64,000 nucleotides of DNA. Origin: Arenicellales bacterium (GTDB taxonomy: Bacteria; Pseudomonadota; Gammaproteobacteria; Arenicellales; JAJDZL01). Shown in pieces: positions 9,812-19,578 of this stretch. The stretch is from assembly GCA_965206345.1 (NCBI GenBank), contig OZ242211.1, forward strand, positions 1,692,586-1,756,585. Reading direction: 5' to 3'. A program made the translations under genes and the position numbers. The number at the start of each line of letters is the position of its first letter. Positions within the stretch are counted from its first letter, which is position 1. The notes beneath the pieces were generated by a model. It did no database searches. It was given only the letters and a program-made list of their open reading frames with translations, and was not told where the DNA came from.

Positions 9812-10738
9812 TTGATTCCAACATCAAGCATTCCAATGTTGACCGACTCATTTCAAGAATCAACATTTAATGACTGGGATGATCGGTTTTTTTTGACAGA
9901 TCCAAGCCCTTTGGCCGTGCATTATTGGAAGGCCTGCCAAGTTGAGTTGCTCGCGCTAAAGCCTGGTAATGTTCATCTTTATGCAGGTGGGCACGGGATG
10001 ACGGTCGATCATTTTTTGGCGAGTGCCTACGCGACCGCATCCAAGCTGACAGATTCAATGTTGAGTTTGGGTGAACGGGTGCTGCAGTCTGTTGTTGCGA
10101 CTCGCGATGCTGTAAGGATGAACACCAATCTAGGCGTGATTCTGTTATGCGCACCGCTTGCCGTTGCGGCAGAGAAGGCATCTGCAGCCACTCTGCGACA
10201 GACGGTCGACGATGTCATCCGAGATACTACCGTAGAGGAGGCCGAACTGATCTTTCAGGCAATCAGAATGGCAGCACCATCCGGGCTTTCGACCGCGAAT
10301 GTAAACGATGTTTGGAAACGTGCTCGACAAGGCATCTATACCATTATGAAGTCAGCGGAATCGAAAGACATGATTGCCAGACAGTATGCAACAGGTTTTG
10401 CCGATGTATTCGAGGTCGGTTTCAATGAAGTGGATGAAAGTGTCGCACAGAACCTCACCCAAAGAGATTTAGCGGTGAGAGTCTATCTTGGATTTCTATC
10501 GCGTTTTCTGGATACACATATCGTACGGCAGTTCGGTAGAGTTGCTGCTGAAGATATTCGGTCCGAAGCGAACTCGCTATATGCCCAACTTTGCAAGGTG
10601 AATTCGACACAGTTGATGCACGACAGACTGATGGAGTACGATGCGATTTGGAAGTCTCGCGAGGTGAATCCGGGAACCTCTGCTGACTTAACTGTGGCAA
10701 CTATATTTGCCTACCAAATCAAAAATGCAGTAAAGTAG
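9812..10738 (+). CDS. citG: CitG-family protein (orf7-type of H4MPT C1 clusters)
   Basis: KPGNVH, NTNLGVILLCAPL and NPGTSADL motifs; adjacent to fae. Confidence 0.85.
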   Translation: MIPTSSIPMLTDSFQESTFNDWDDRFFLTDPSPLAVHYWKACQVELLALKPGNVHLYAGGHGMTVDHFLASAYATASKLTDSMLSLGERVLQSVVATRDAVRMNTNLGVILLCAPLAVAAEKASAATLRQTVDDVIRDTTVEEAELIFQAIRMAAPSGLSTANVNDVWKRARQGIYTIMKSAESKDMIARQYATGFADVFEVGFNEVDESVAQNLTQRDLAVRVYLGFLSRFLDTHIVRQFGRVAAEDIRSEANSLYAQLCKVNSTQLMHDRLMEYDAIWKSREVNPGTSADLTVATIFAYQIKNAVK

Positions 10739-10834
10739 AATTGCGATTTGCTATTCTAAGTTTCGCAGTTCATATCGACTGCTGACTGCGAATCGGCATG
10801 CAAAACTTAATGTTCACTATATGGAGAAGACGAA

Positions 10835-11341
10835 ATGGCGATTGATAATGTACGAGTAGGCGAGTCACTTGTTGGTGACGGTAACGAGGTTGCTCACATT
10901 GACCTGATCATGGGTCCTCGGGGATCTGCAGTAGAAGCTGCGTTTTGTAACACCTTGTGTAACAACAAGGATGGTTTTACCAGCCTGTTGGCGGTTGCTT
11001 CACCGAATGTACCTGCAAAGCCGAACACGGTTATGTTCAACAAGGTTACGATGAAAGGTGCCAAGCAGGCGGTACAGATGTTTGGTCCTGCCCAGCGTGC
11101 AGTTTCCATGGCTGTCATTGACAGTGTTGAAGATGGTACCATTCCGGCTGATGAGGCAGATGATCTGTTTATTTGCGTTGGCGTATTCATTCACTGGGAG
11201 GCGGAAGATGACACCAAGATCCAGGACTACAATTACGAAGCAACGCGTGAAGCCATCAGACGCGCTGTGACGGGTCGTCCCACTGCACAGGAAGTGATTG
11301 AACAGAAGGGTGCTTCCCATCCTTTTGCCGCACATGACTGA
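10835..11341 (+). CDS. fae: Formaldehyde-activating enzyme (5,10-methylene-H4MPT hydrolase)
   Basis: [40 protein letters not shown] and DYNYEAT; RBS GGAG. Confidence 0.96.
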   Translation: MAIDNVRVGESLVGDGNEVAHIDLIMGPRGSAVEAAFCNTLCNNKDGFTSLLAVASPNVPAKPNTVMFNKVTMKGAKQAVQMFGPAQRAVSMAVIDSVEDGTIPADEADDLFICVGVFIHWEAEDDTKIQDYNYEATREAIRRAVTGRPTAQEVIEQKGASHPFAAHD

Positions 11342-11353
11342 TGAGGCTAAAGT

Positions 11354-11388
11354 AACAGGTGCCAGGCTCCAATGACCTGGCATCTGTT
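11354..11388 (+). terminator. Stem-loop after fae (terminator or mRNA-stabilising hairpin)
   Basis: AACAGGTGCCAGG...CCTGGCATCTGTT inverted repeat with a weak U-tract. Confidence 0.5.
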
Positions 11389-11492
11389 GAAGTCTGACGA
11401 AGGGTTGCACTGACAACTCTCCATCGAAGTGACTGATCATAGTTGTCGAACAGATAATCTGTTGTGACAAACGACTTAATGGGAGGCTTTCA

Positions 11493-11885
11493 ATGGCTGA
11501 CGAAAAAACAGATCGACGCCAGGACGAGACATTTGACCGGGCAACGATTGAGAGAAGACTGGCAGAAGAACTGCCACACTGGTACTACGAGAACGGTTGG
11601 ATTCGCCGCAAGTACCGTACGATGGGCTGGAAGGGAACATTGATGGTGATCAACGCGGTAGGGCATCTCGCTGAAGCGGCGTGGCATCATCCTGATATTA
11701 CCGCCTCATATGCTTTTGTCATTGTGAAGTTGATGAATCACGCAGCTAAAGGTGTTACTGAAAAGGACTTTGAACTTGCAAAGAAAATAGAAGAAATGGT
11801 CCATTGGCAGCCAGGTCTTGAAGATGGCACACTGGAAGGAACGCCGACGGACCAAAGATTCCGGTACATTCGCTACGATTCGTAA
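11493..11885 (+). CDS. pcbD: Pterin-4a-carbinolamine dehydratase-like protein
   Basis: AEAAWHHPDI, HAAKGVTEKDFELAKKIE; a form commonly found in H4MPT clusters. Confidence 0.88.
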   Translation: MADEKTDRRQDETFDRATIERRLAEELPHWYYENGWIRRKYRTMGWKGTLMVINAVGHLAEAAWHHPDITASYAFVIVKLMNHAAKGVTEKDFELAKKIEEMVHWQPGLEDGTLEGTPTDQRFRYIRYDS

Positions 11886-11913
11886 CTAATTTCAGACTGA
11901 ATAAGTTCGCCAA

Positions 11914-13245
11914 TTGATGAAGCAGCGTACTGACGTCTTACTCAGTTTGGGATCAAATTTTGGCGATCGAAAAACCCATCTAAACACCGGACTGGAACGC
12001 TTGGCGCGAGCCGGTTGCTTGATTCGACAGATTTCCCCAATCGTTGAATCACCAGCGCAACTACCATCCCAGTCACCTTCTGAGTGGAATCGGCCATTTT
12101 TAAATCTGGTTGCGATTGGTGAGACTGTCGAGGATTTTGATGTATTCCAGCGCGATACCAAAGCAATTCAATTGGAGTACAGCAAGCCGGGTATAAGCAA
12201 GTGGAGTCCGCGCGAACTCGACATCGATATCGTTCACTGGGGGAAAAAAGCGCCTCCAAATCAACAGCAGACAGCGGGCATTCTACCAGTCTTCACACGA
12301 CCTTATGTGCTGGCGCCTCTTCTACACATCGCACCCAATTGGCCGGTTACAGATCAGGGTGATATTAGCGCGTTTGAACTAAGCGTTCGTTCAACCATTA
12401 AACTTCACATTCCAATTTGGATGGGTATCCTCAATGTTACTCCTGATTCATTTTCTGACGGTGGTCGATACAAAACGCCCGAAGATGTCAAAGTACAGGC
12501 AGATCACATGATTCAGAATGGAGTGAACATCATTGATATTGGAGCGGAGTCTACTCGACCCAACGCCACGGCTTTAAGCGATGATCGAGAATGGCAGAGG
12601 TTGCTGCCGGCCATTGAACAGGTTAAAGAAAGTTGTGCAAACACTTTACTTGCGCCAGAATTAAGTGTGGATACCTATCATCCAGTGAACGCTGAAAGAG
12701 CCCTGAATCAAGGCGTTGATATCATCAACGACGTTAGTGGTCTGCGCAACGATCATATGCTTGCACTCGCCAGGGAGAGCGGCAAGACCTTTATCGCGAT
12801 GCACAGCATTACTGTACCTGTAGATCCGAAGGTCAGTATTGGTGCCCGGGAGGACGCCTGTCGAGTCTTCGAGACGTGGGTCGATGAAAGCCGTCGCCTG
12901 TGGGAAAACAAGGGACTTGACCTTGACAAAATTGTGATTGACCCCGGAATCGGATTTGGCAAGAGTAGCCTTCAGGCATTGGATCTGATGCGATCAGCTA
13001 AGCGTTTGCGAAAGTTTGGGCATCGAGTGCTAATTGGTCACTCAAGAAAACGCTTTCTGAAGGCGTTCTCGAATCTGGAAAGTTCAGAACTTGATTTGGA
13101 AACGATTGGCGCTTCACTCAATCTTTGCGCTCAATCCGTTGACATCTTGCGTGTTCACGATGTAGAGGCTCATACAAGAGCTTATTTGAGTTGGGCACAT
13201 CTACTCGACAATACGGAGGAGGATAAACCCAAATCTGAAGGTTAA
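11914..13245 (+). CDS. folP: Fused HPPK-dihydropteroate synthase (FolK-FolP)
   Basis: N-terminal LSLGSNFGDR...PFLN...PRELDIDI (HPPK). C-terminal MGILNVTPDSFSDGG, DIGAESTRP, INDVSG, DPGIGFGK, GHSRKRF and LRVHDV (DHPS). Confidence 0.92.
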   Translation: MMKQRTDVLLSLGSNFGDRKTHLNTGLERLARAGCLIRQISPIVESPAQLPSQSPSEWNRPFLNLVAIGETVEDFDVFQRDTKAIQLEYSKPGISKWSPRELDIDIVHWGKKAPPNQQQTAGILPVFTRPYVLAPLLHIAPNWPVTDQGDISAFELSVRSTIKLHIPIWMGILNVTPDSFSDGGRYKTPEDVKVQADHMIQNGVNIIDIGAESTRPNATALSDDREWQRLLPAIEQVKESCANTLLAPELSVDTYHPVNAERALNQGVDIINDVSGLRNDHMLALARESGKTFIAMHSITVPVDPKVSIGAREDACRVFETWVDESRRLWENKGLDLDKIVIDPGIGFGKSSLQALDLMRSAKRLRKFGHRVLIGHSRKRFLKAFSNLESSELDLETIGASLNLCAQSVDILRVHDVEAHTRAYLSWAHLLDNTEEDKPKSEG

Positions 13246-13811
13246 TTGAATGTAACGGGGCAACTTCGATATTCATCAATTGCGTCAGTTAGCCACTGCC
13301 AGGCTTCAAGTTCACGCGGTCCCGCAGTTTTATCAATTGCAATTTGAAGATACGCCATTTCGACATTGATTTTTTCTTCCGGCAGCATGTGCAATCGACT
13401 AACGAGGATTGCTGCTTCAAGCACAGCGGCTTGCGCGCGGTTGAACCCCGGAAAGGGTTTGGTGGATGAGCGGTGTATCTGCGACAAATAAATCTTTGGT
13501 CTAAGGTTGTCATCAACTACCTTCTTTACTTCAAGTTCCTGGTGATTGATGGCAGCTTCCAGTACCTGGCCCTTTGTGTGGGTGGCGGGTCGGGTTGGCC
13601 AGTTGGTTCGCCCAGTAATGCATCCGGCATAGACTCTAACATCATCGGTGATGTTGACAACTGCTGCACCCGTGGCTTCAAGATTGAGCAGTGTCTGGGA
13701 CGGTTTAAATGGTGCGATCACCACAAAATCATCAATGTACCGGATGCCCATCGGGGCGACATGTACAACGTCCTGTTCGTTGACGGTTGAAACAATGACT
13801 TCAAAAATCAC
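13242..13811 (-). CDS. DUF447-family protein (H4MPT cluster)
   Basis: HVAPMGI, FNRAQAAVLEAAILVSRLHML and IAIDKTAGPRE. Confidence 0.85.
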   Translation of the reverse strand: MIFEVIVSTVNEQDVVHVAPMGIRYIDDFVVIAPFKPSQTLLNLEATGAAVVNITDDVRVYAGCITGRTNWPTRPATHTKGQVLEAAINHQELEVKKVVDDNLRPKIYLSQIHRSSTKPFPGFNRAQAAVLEAAILVSRLHMLPEEKINVEMAYLQIAIDKTAGPRELEAWQWLTDAIDEYRSCPVTFN

Positions 13812-13813
13812 AG

Positions 13814-15211
13814 TCAGTTTTCGCGTTGAATCTTTGGTTTCAGCGTACTGCCAGTTTCCTTATACTGATCAGTCGACTGTTCTTCAGTGTGTATGCAACC
13901 CCACTTGAGCTGCTGGTCTTGAACATAGCGTTTCCCAAGCTGCCACGCAATCTGCGCTTTGGTTAGTTCCGCGCCGAGATAGAATGCGTGCCCCACATCC
14001 TCCTTCACGTCGATACGTGGGAATAGTTCGTAGGGGTCATTCGCTTCGAACAGTCCATCGCGGTTGAAAATATGAATGCCTTCATCACTCACTTGAATTC
14101 TGAAACTGGGGTCTTTAATCAGGTTGGAAAAATCCCGAATTTCATCAGCTGTGGAGGGGTAGGGTTTTTTGTCGTGTAGCGCCAGCAGTCCATCGCTGTA
14201 ACCTCGAGGCAAGCTGGAATCTGATTTGGCAGCATGCATCACGCGTCTCGCGCGATCAGTCTCTTTGATCACTGTTCGAGCATGTTGGCTGACCTGAGTT
14301 GTTAGCACTGCGCTCACATCAAGTTCTGAAACAATACCCATCATGATAGCGGTGATGCCAAGTGTGTCCGCATCGGTGAGTTCAGTGATGTTGCCAGTAC
14401 CCATCATGATTTCTACATCGGGGTATCGATGTCGAAGCTCAAAATAGTTTGTTATTGACTCAGTAAAACCAAAGTGTATCGGATTCAAGATTGCATCGGC
14501 AAGAAACGGCCGTTCCAGTTTGTGCATGGCATCAATCGCCCGATAAAGCGACTTCTGACCTTTGTCAGCGGCTGGGATCAAAACCGGGGTGCTTGCCACT
14601 TCAGTCGCAATCCAAAGTGTATCTTCGGAAAGGCTGAGCAGAAAATCAACTCCCGCTTTGCCCCCGCGAAGCAGGTCGCTACTTTCGAGTGAGTCGATGC
14701 TCGTTTTAAATCCAGATTTGTGCAGAGCCTGAACCGCCTCTTCCAGATGTGGAAAATCCTGGCCCGGCAGACATCCTAAATCGATGACATCCGCGCCAAC
14801 ACTACGATACTCTTCCGCGAGCGAAACAATGCTTTCTATGGTTCGATTCGGGGCGTCGACAATCTCAGCGAAAATCTTGACCGTGTATTCACTGAGATTA
14901 GCGGAGCGAGCGGGTGAACCGAAATATTCTGGCAAATCCTTCAGATCGTTAGGACCTCGTACCACCTCAATTCCAAAATGATTACCGAGCTCATTGACAT
15001 CACCGACACACAGCCCCGGCAGCATGATCTGGTCAAAACCTCCGGGAATTTGCAGGCGTCGCTTGACCATCGCAGTTGTAGCAAGAGCAGCGACACTCAC
15101 TCCGATTTGATGAATGTCATAGGAGAAGTCTTTCGGCTCAATTCGATCCAGAGTTCGTTGCAGGCTTGATTCAGCCAGCCGACCCGTTATGAACAAGATT
15201 CGTTCAGACAT
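13814..15211 (-). CDS. Dihydropteroate synthase-like methanopterin biosynthesis protein (orf20-type)
   Basis: ILFITGRLAE, IFAEIVDAP, GADVIDLGCLP, MGTGNITELTDAD and HAFYLGAELTKAQIAWQLGKRYVQD. Confidence 0.85.
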   Translation of the reverse strand: MSERILFITGRLAESSLQRTLDRIEPKDFSYDIHQIGVSVAALATTAMVKRRLQIPGGFDQIMLPGLCVGDVNELGNHFGIEVVRGPNDLKDLPEYFGSPARSANLSEYTVKIFAEIVDAPNRTIESIVSLAEEYRSVGADVIDLGCLPGQDFPHLEEAVQALHKSGFKTSIDSLESSDLLRGGKAGVDFLLSLSEDTLWIATEVASTPVLIPAADKGQKSLYRAIDAMHKLERPFLADAILNPIHFGFTESITNYFELRHRYPDVEIMMGTGNITELTDADTLGITAIMMGIVSELDVSAVLTTQVSQHARTVIKETDRARRVMHAAKSDSSLPRGYSDGLLALHDKKPYPSTADEIRDFSNLIKDPSFRIQVSDEGIHIFNRDGLFEANDPYELFPRIDVKEDVGHAFYLGAELTKAQIAWQLGKRYVQDQQLKWGCIHTEEQSTDQYKETGSTLKPKIQREN

Positions 15212-15750
15212 TTGATACGGTCAAGCACGGCGCTTTTGAGCTCATCCATGTTTGTAGTCAGTGTGGTGGATTCGAATTCGCCGATCTTTCTCGAACATTC
15301 AAGATCAATCTCACGCGGATAAACAGTAACCATTTGTCCCGGTGCGGGGGTTATCACGATTGGTTTGGTGTCGCATGCATAAACGATAATGGGAATTTTG
15401 CACTTGCCAGCTTGGGCGAAAACATTTGTAACCAGTGTGTCTGAAATTCCTGCAACACATTTTGCGACTGTGTTTGATGTTGCTGGGGCAACTACCAGAG
15501 TGTGGTAGTTATTTTCGTAAAACTGTCCCACAGGAACAGCACTGGCAGTCGAATCACGAAACATTCGAATTTTGGCGCGGCGCAGTCGTTCAGTGTACTT
15601 GTACATGACCAGCACTTCTTCAACTGCTCGGCTGAGAAAAACATCCACGTCCTCTAACCCCATCAGAAACTCAAGGCATTCTTCGAGGTCGTGACCGGAT
15701 CCGGTCAGAGCCCAGGCGAATCTAATTTTCTTGGATTTCCGAGGCATCAC
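15187..15750 (-). CDS. HFCD-family flavoprotein, AfpA/DmrB-like dihydromethanopterin reductase
   Basis: AWALTGSGH and VVAPATSNTVAKCVAGISDTLVTN...QAGK; overlaps the orf20-like gene. Confidence 0.8.
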   Translation of the reverse strand: MMPRKSKKIRFAWALTGSGHDLEECLEFLMGLEDVDVFLSRAVEEVLVMYKYTERLRRAKIRMFRDSTASAVPVGQFYENNYHTLVVAPATSNTVAKCVAGISDTLVTNVFAQAGKCKIPIIVYACDTKPIVITPAPGQMVTVYPREIDLECSRKIGEFESTTLTTNMDELKSAVLDRIKCLNESCS

Positions 15751-15782
15751 TTAGAATGGAGGGTACGAAAGTGCCTTCAGCC

Positions 15783-17204
15783 TCAATTCGCTCTCCACCG
15801 CAGTTCGTTGTTGACTACTCGAATCTTCTCCCGCGCAATTGAGACCGTGTAAAAATCACTTGAGTTTTGTTCAGCATACTTCAATTGACCCAAAGCGATT
15901 TTAAGGTCACCAATTTTGAAATGATAGTCCGCATCAGCAAGGTAGGCTTCTCCAATCGAGCCTGACTCGGTCGCGGTTTTAGCATTGAGCTTTAGAAGTT
16001 GAATGTGTTCGACATTTGTTAGAAGATGCTTTCTCAGGTATCGGTTGGCTTGCTCCGCCTGACCGGATTCAAGCATTGCATTTGTATAGACCTCAATGAC
16101 TGCCGGATGGGGAGATTCCTGTGTTGCCAATGGTTCCAGCATCGAAATTGTTACTTGTGGATTGTCATTCAATGTCAATTTTGCCTGCGCGAGCAAAATC
16201 CATAAATTTTCAGGCTGAAGCAAAGCCAGCTCAGCTAACTCCTTTCGTGCCTTCGTCAAGTTGCCGTCCTTGGCAAGTGAAAGTGCGTAGCCGTAGCGAT
16301 TGGCTGACTGCTCGTCTTCAGTTCCATTCGTCAAGTTCTTCTCAAAGTGCAGATAGGTCTTACCGAATTGCCAGTTGAACAAAACTCGATTTCGAGCTTT
16401 AAAATACAGAAAATCGGACGTGAGTTCTGGAAACGGTCGATTGGAGTATTGCCGAAGTCTCGCGCTGATTGCGGCGATTCGCTGCGGCGTTACCGGGTGA
16501 GTGTTGTGAATATTCGATTCAATCACACCCCGCTGTCGCTTTTCACGCTCAAGAGCCACCATAAAGTCTTTGGCATAATTTGGATCGTAGCCAGAGTTCG
16601 CCATCATCCGTACTGCGACATTGTCTGCTTCGCGCTCGTAGGCCAGTGTGTGCGCAATTATGGAATCAATTCGAGCAGCTTGTGAACCAACAATTGCCGC
16701 GATTCCGGCATCGCCACCGATCAGCAGACCTGCCAGCACTGCGAGAATTGAGGGTGCCTGTGTTGATTCATAAGCCCCCAGTAAACGTTCAAGGTGGTTT
16801 TGTTTGAAGTGCGCGAGTTCGTGAGCCATGACCGAGACCAACTCTGCCTCGTTACTTGCCAATTCAATTAATCCGGAGTTCAAGAAAAAGGTTGAACCTG
16901 GTCCGGCAAACGCATTGACCTCGGGATCTTTTACCACGTAGTAATGAACAAGATCAATGTCTAAATCTCCGCCTTCGACTAGTTTTTTCGCGATATCAAT
17001 GACGAAAGCATTGATCTGCAGGTCATCAGAAAACTGCTTCGTTTCACGAACGATGCTAAGGAACTGCCTGGCCTGACGCTGTAGACTTTCAGTGGCGACC
17101 GGATTTGCTGCGTATGCAGAAGAATCCAACTCAATGCCAGGCAACAAGAGGGTAAACGTCAGCAAGAGGCTGAGAGTTTTAATCTTTTTCCTGCGGATTA
17201 TCAT
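15783..17204 (-). CDS. bepA: M48 metalloprotease with TPR region, BepA/YfgC-like
   Basis: VNAFAGPG, MAHELAH (HExxH), YEREAD and THP; signal peptide. Confidence 0.88.
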   Translation of the reverse strand: MIIRRKKIKTLSLLLTFTLLLPGIELDSSAYAANPVATESLQRQARQFLSIVRETKQFSDDLQINAFVIDIAKKLVEGGDLDIDLVHYYVVKDPEVNAFAGPGSTFFLNSGLIELASNEAELVSVMAHELAHFKQNHLERLLGAYESTQAPSILAVLAGLLIGGDAGIAAIVGSQAARIDSIIAHTLAYEREADNVAVRMMANSGYDPNYAKDFMVALEREKRQRGVIESNIHNTHPVTPQRIAAISARLRQYSNRPFPELTSDFLYFKARNRVLFNWQFGKTYLHFEKNLTNGTEDEQSANRYGYALSLAKDGNLTKARKELAELALLQPENLWILLAQAKLTLNDNPQVTISMLEPLATQESPHPAVIEVYTNAMLESGQAEQANRYLRKHLLTNVEHIQLLKLNAKTATESGSIGEAYLADADYHFKIGDLKIALGQLKYAEQNSSDFYTVSIAREKIRVVNNELRWRAN

Positions 17205-17472
17205 TCTGGATCTTTCATCACAATGTTTGATCGTCGAGTCAGAGAGTATATGAGTGGATATGTTCTGGTAACGTTTTGAATTTTAACAGCAAGCCAAATG
17301 CTACCTGTCCCAGATGAGAGAATACGCTAACAGAATCCTTGGTGTGGAGTCTGTTTGAAGCCGGCGAATTTCGTGAAACGTAGTTTACGAATTGTATGTT
17401 CGATTTGGTCCTTTTTTGAGGGGAACAACCCACCTTTTGTCAAGACCAAATTTAGCGGAATGCTCAATTGTT

Positions 17473-18534
17473 CTATAGCTGACTCAGAAACTTGAAGGTG
17501 TCGTCTGATGCTCGTTTTGACTTCGCAATCGACAATGGTGTATGGCCATCACTATTTCTAGCTTTGATATCCGCACCCTTTTCAACTAGAAAATGGAGCA
17601 CGACATTTTTGCCGTCTCTGCTACAGCAGGACCCATGAGGTATGAAGACGCCAGGCGGCGCATCCAACGAATCGTCAGCGATGGCAATATGAAGCGGTGT
17701 GTTGCCAGCTGCATCTTTGCAATCAATTTGCGCACCCTGTTCCACGAGAAGTTCTGCAGATTCCCTGGAATTGAACCAAGCTGCCAGGTGCAGCGGTGAT
17801 GCTCCAGAATGGTTTTCTGTATTGACGTCAGCACCGTACTCTAGCAGAACTTCCGCAACATTGTGCATGTTGGTTGCTGCTGCGAGGTGTAGCGACGTAT
17901 GACCACCGCCATCGCGGACATCTACACTGGCACCTTCCTCAAGCATTGTTCTCGCTGCTGCTGCCGGATTCCCTAGTTTCATCGCATATCTTGAAGCAAA
18001 TCCACCCAGAAAAATTGCAACCCGAGGGCCTGCTTCATACATCGAAATCCAGTGAAGCATTGTCCGGGACTCTCGGTCCTTGCCATCCACATCAAAGCCA
18101 TTGCGAAGCAGTGCATGCAGCGATTTTCTCGAATCTGCACACAACGCACAATGAACCGGATTTAAGTCGGGATAGGCTGCCGGATCAAAAGCTGCACCAT
18201 GTTCAAATAGCATTTTCATGATTTCGACTGAATTCAGGCTCGCAGCAATATGCAGGGGTGTCAGTTCCCGAACACCCCAGAAATTGGCATCATCGAATTC
18301 GGTATCGAATTGCTTCATCTGATCACCAAAATATTTTGGTGGCTCAGCGAATTGGTTAAATTCATTTGAAGCAACAGCCTGAGGATCAGCACCTAAGCTC
18401 AAAAGGTGCGCTACGGCATCGAAATTCTTGTCAATAATAGCCCAATGCAGATGAGTAAAACCAAACTGGTCGCGACTTTTAGCATCAGGATTCGAACCAA
18501 GCTTTTCGTAAAACGCATTCAAATTTACATTCAT
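17473..18534 (-). CDS. Ankyrin-repeat protein
   Basis: Multiple TPLH/TxLH...LL..GA repeats (GFTHLHWA, LTPLHIAA, GHTSLHLAA, GASPLHLAA, GNTPLHIA). Confidence 0.93.
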   Translation of the reverse strand: MNVNLNAFYEKLGSNPDAKSRDQFGFTHLHWAIIDKNFDAVAHLLSLGADPQAVASNEFNQFAEPPKYFGDQMKQFDTEFDDANFWGVRELTPLHIAASLNSVEIMKMLFEHGAAFDPAAYPDLNPVHCALCADSRKSLHALLRNGFDVDGKDRESRTMLHWISMYEAGPRVAIFLGGFASRYAMKLGNPAAAARTMLEEGASVDVRDGGGHTSLHLAAATNMHNVAEVLLEYGADVNTENHSGASPLHLAAWFNSRESAELLVEQGAQIDCKDAAGNTPLHIAIADDSLDAPPGVFIPHGSCCSRDGKNVVLHFLVEKGADIKARNSDGHTPLSIAKSKRASDDTFKFLSQL

Positions 18535-18770
18535 ATCTTCAAACTCTTCGTTGCAGATAGATTCGACGTTTTACTCAAATTCGCAATAATATTTTGACAG
18601 GTTGAATTAATGATTATTGCATGTCCTATCAGATGGTGTCAAAAATATTTTCGCACCCATTCATTAAATGCATTAATCTGAGAGGGCAAGTATTCCCTGC
18701 TGGAAGTCAATTCCGTTAACCAGAATTTCAGTGTGGTCAAAATCACAACAGTTGCGACCCGATTTTGAAT

Positions 18771-18935
18771 TTGGATAAACAAGACTATGCTGCCGATTCG
18801 CGGGAACCGAAGTGGCTGGTTATAGCTGCAGCAGTCAGTGTATTTCTGGCGTTTGTCTCCCTGTCCATACTGCTGTGGGCGAAGTGGGGACTGGTCACCT
18901 TTATGAAGTCGAGTATCTGGCTAGTCTGTTTCTAA
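18771..18935 (+). CDS. Small single-TM membrane protein (54 aa), convergent with SCO
   Basis: Manual translation from TTG: MDKQDYAADSREPKWLVIAAAVSVFLAFVSLSILLWAKWGLVTFMKSSIWLVCF*. Its stop overlaps the SCO stop. Confidence 0.55.
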   Translation: MDKQDYAADSREPKWLVIAAAVSVFLAFVSLSILLWAKWGLVTFMKSSIWLVCF

Positions 18936-19537
18936 CTAAATTTCAATTTTTCTGAAATACTCTCGAAAATCTGATCACTTGTTTCCTCCGGTGAAAAGTG
19001 CGTCACGTACTTTCCATTCGGCCCAATTAGATAAAGATAGGAACTGTGATTGACCATGTAATCATCGCCTTCAGTCGGTGAGTATGAGAAGTAGCTCCCA
19101 TAGGAATAGACTAGGTCAGTGAGTTGGTCTATTGTGCCAGTCAGCCCTTCAAAACGATCATGAAAGTGCGAGATGTAGTCGCCGATAACTTCTGGCGTAT
19201 CTCGATCTGGATCAACTGAGACAAAGAGTGGTGTAATTTGTTGGGCTTTATTTGCGTTGACTTCTTCCAGTCGATTCAAAATACTTGTCATTTGCAGGAG
19301 CGTTCCGGGGCAGGTGGCCGGACAATGGGTAAAACCAAAATACATGAAAAGGTATTGCCCATGAAAGGATTCATCGGTCACAACTTTCCCTGTATGATGA
19401 ATTAGCTCAAAGGGTCCCCCGATCTCAATTTCTACTGGATCATCACTGTTGAGCAGTTGGTACGAAACCGCACCGACCACACTTAAACTAACCAAACAAG
19501 TCAGCCCAAGCAGAAGACCGTTGAGTTTTTTTGACAT
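18932..19537 (-). CDS. SCO1/SenC copper chaperone
   Basis: GFTHCPATCP (CxxxC), SVDPDRDT and VNHSS. Confidence 0.95.
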   Translation of the reverse strand: MSKKLNGLLLGLTCLVSLSVVGAVSYQLLNSDDPVEIEIGGPFELIHHTGKVVTDESFHGQYLFMYFGFTHCPATCPGTLLQMTSILNRLEEVNANKAQQITPLFVSVDPDRDTPEVIGDYISHFHDRFEGLTGTIDQLTDLVYSYGSYFSYSPTEGDDYMVNHSSYLYLIGPNGKYVTHFSPEETSDQIFESISEKLKFS

Positions 19538-19578
19538 GATTCTTGAATTTTACCGATTAATTGAAGCCGCTTAACCGA

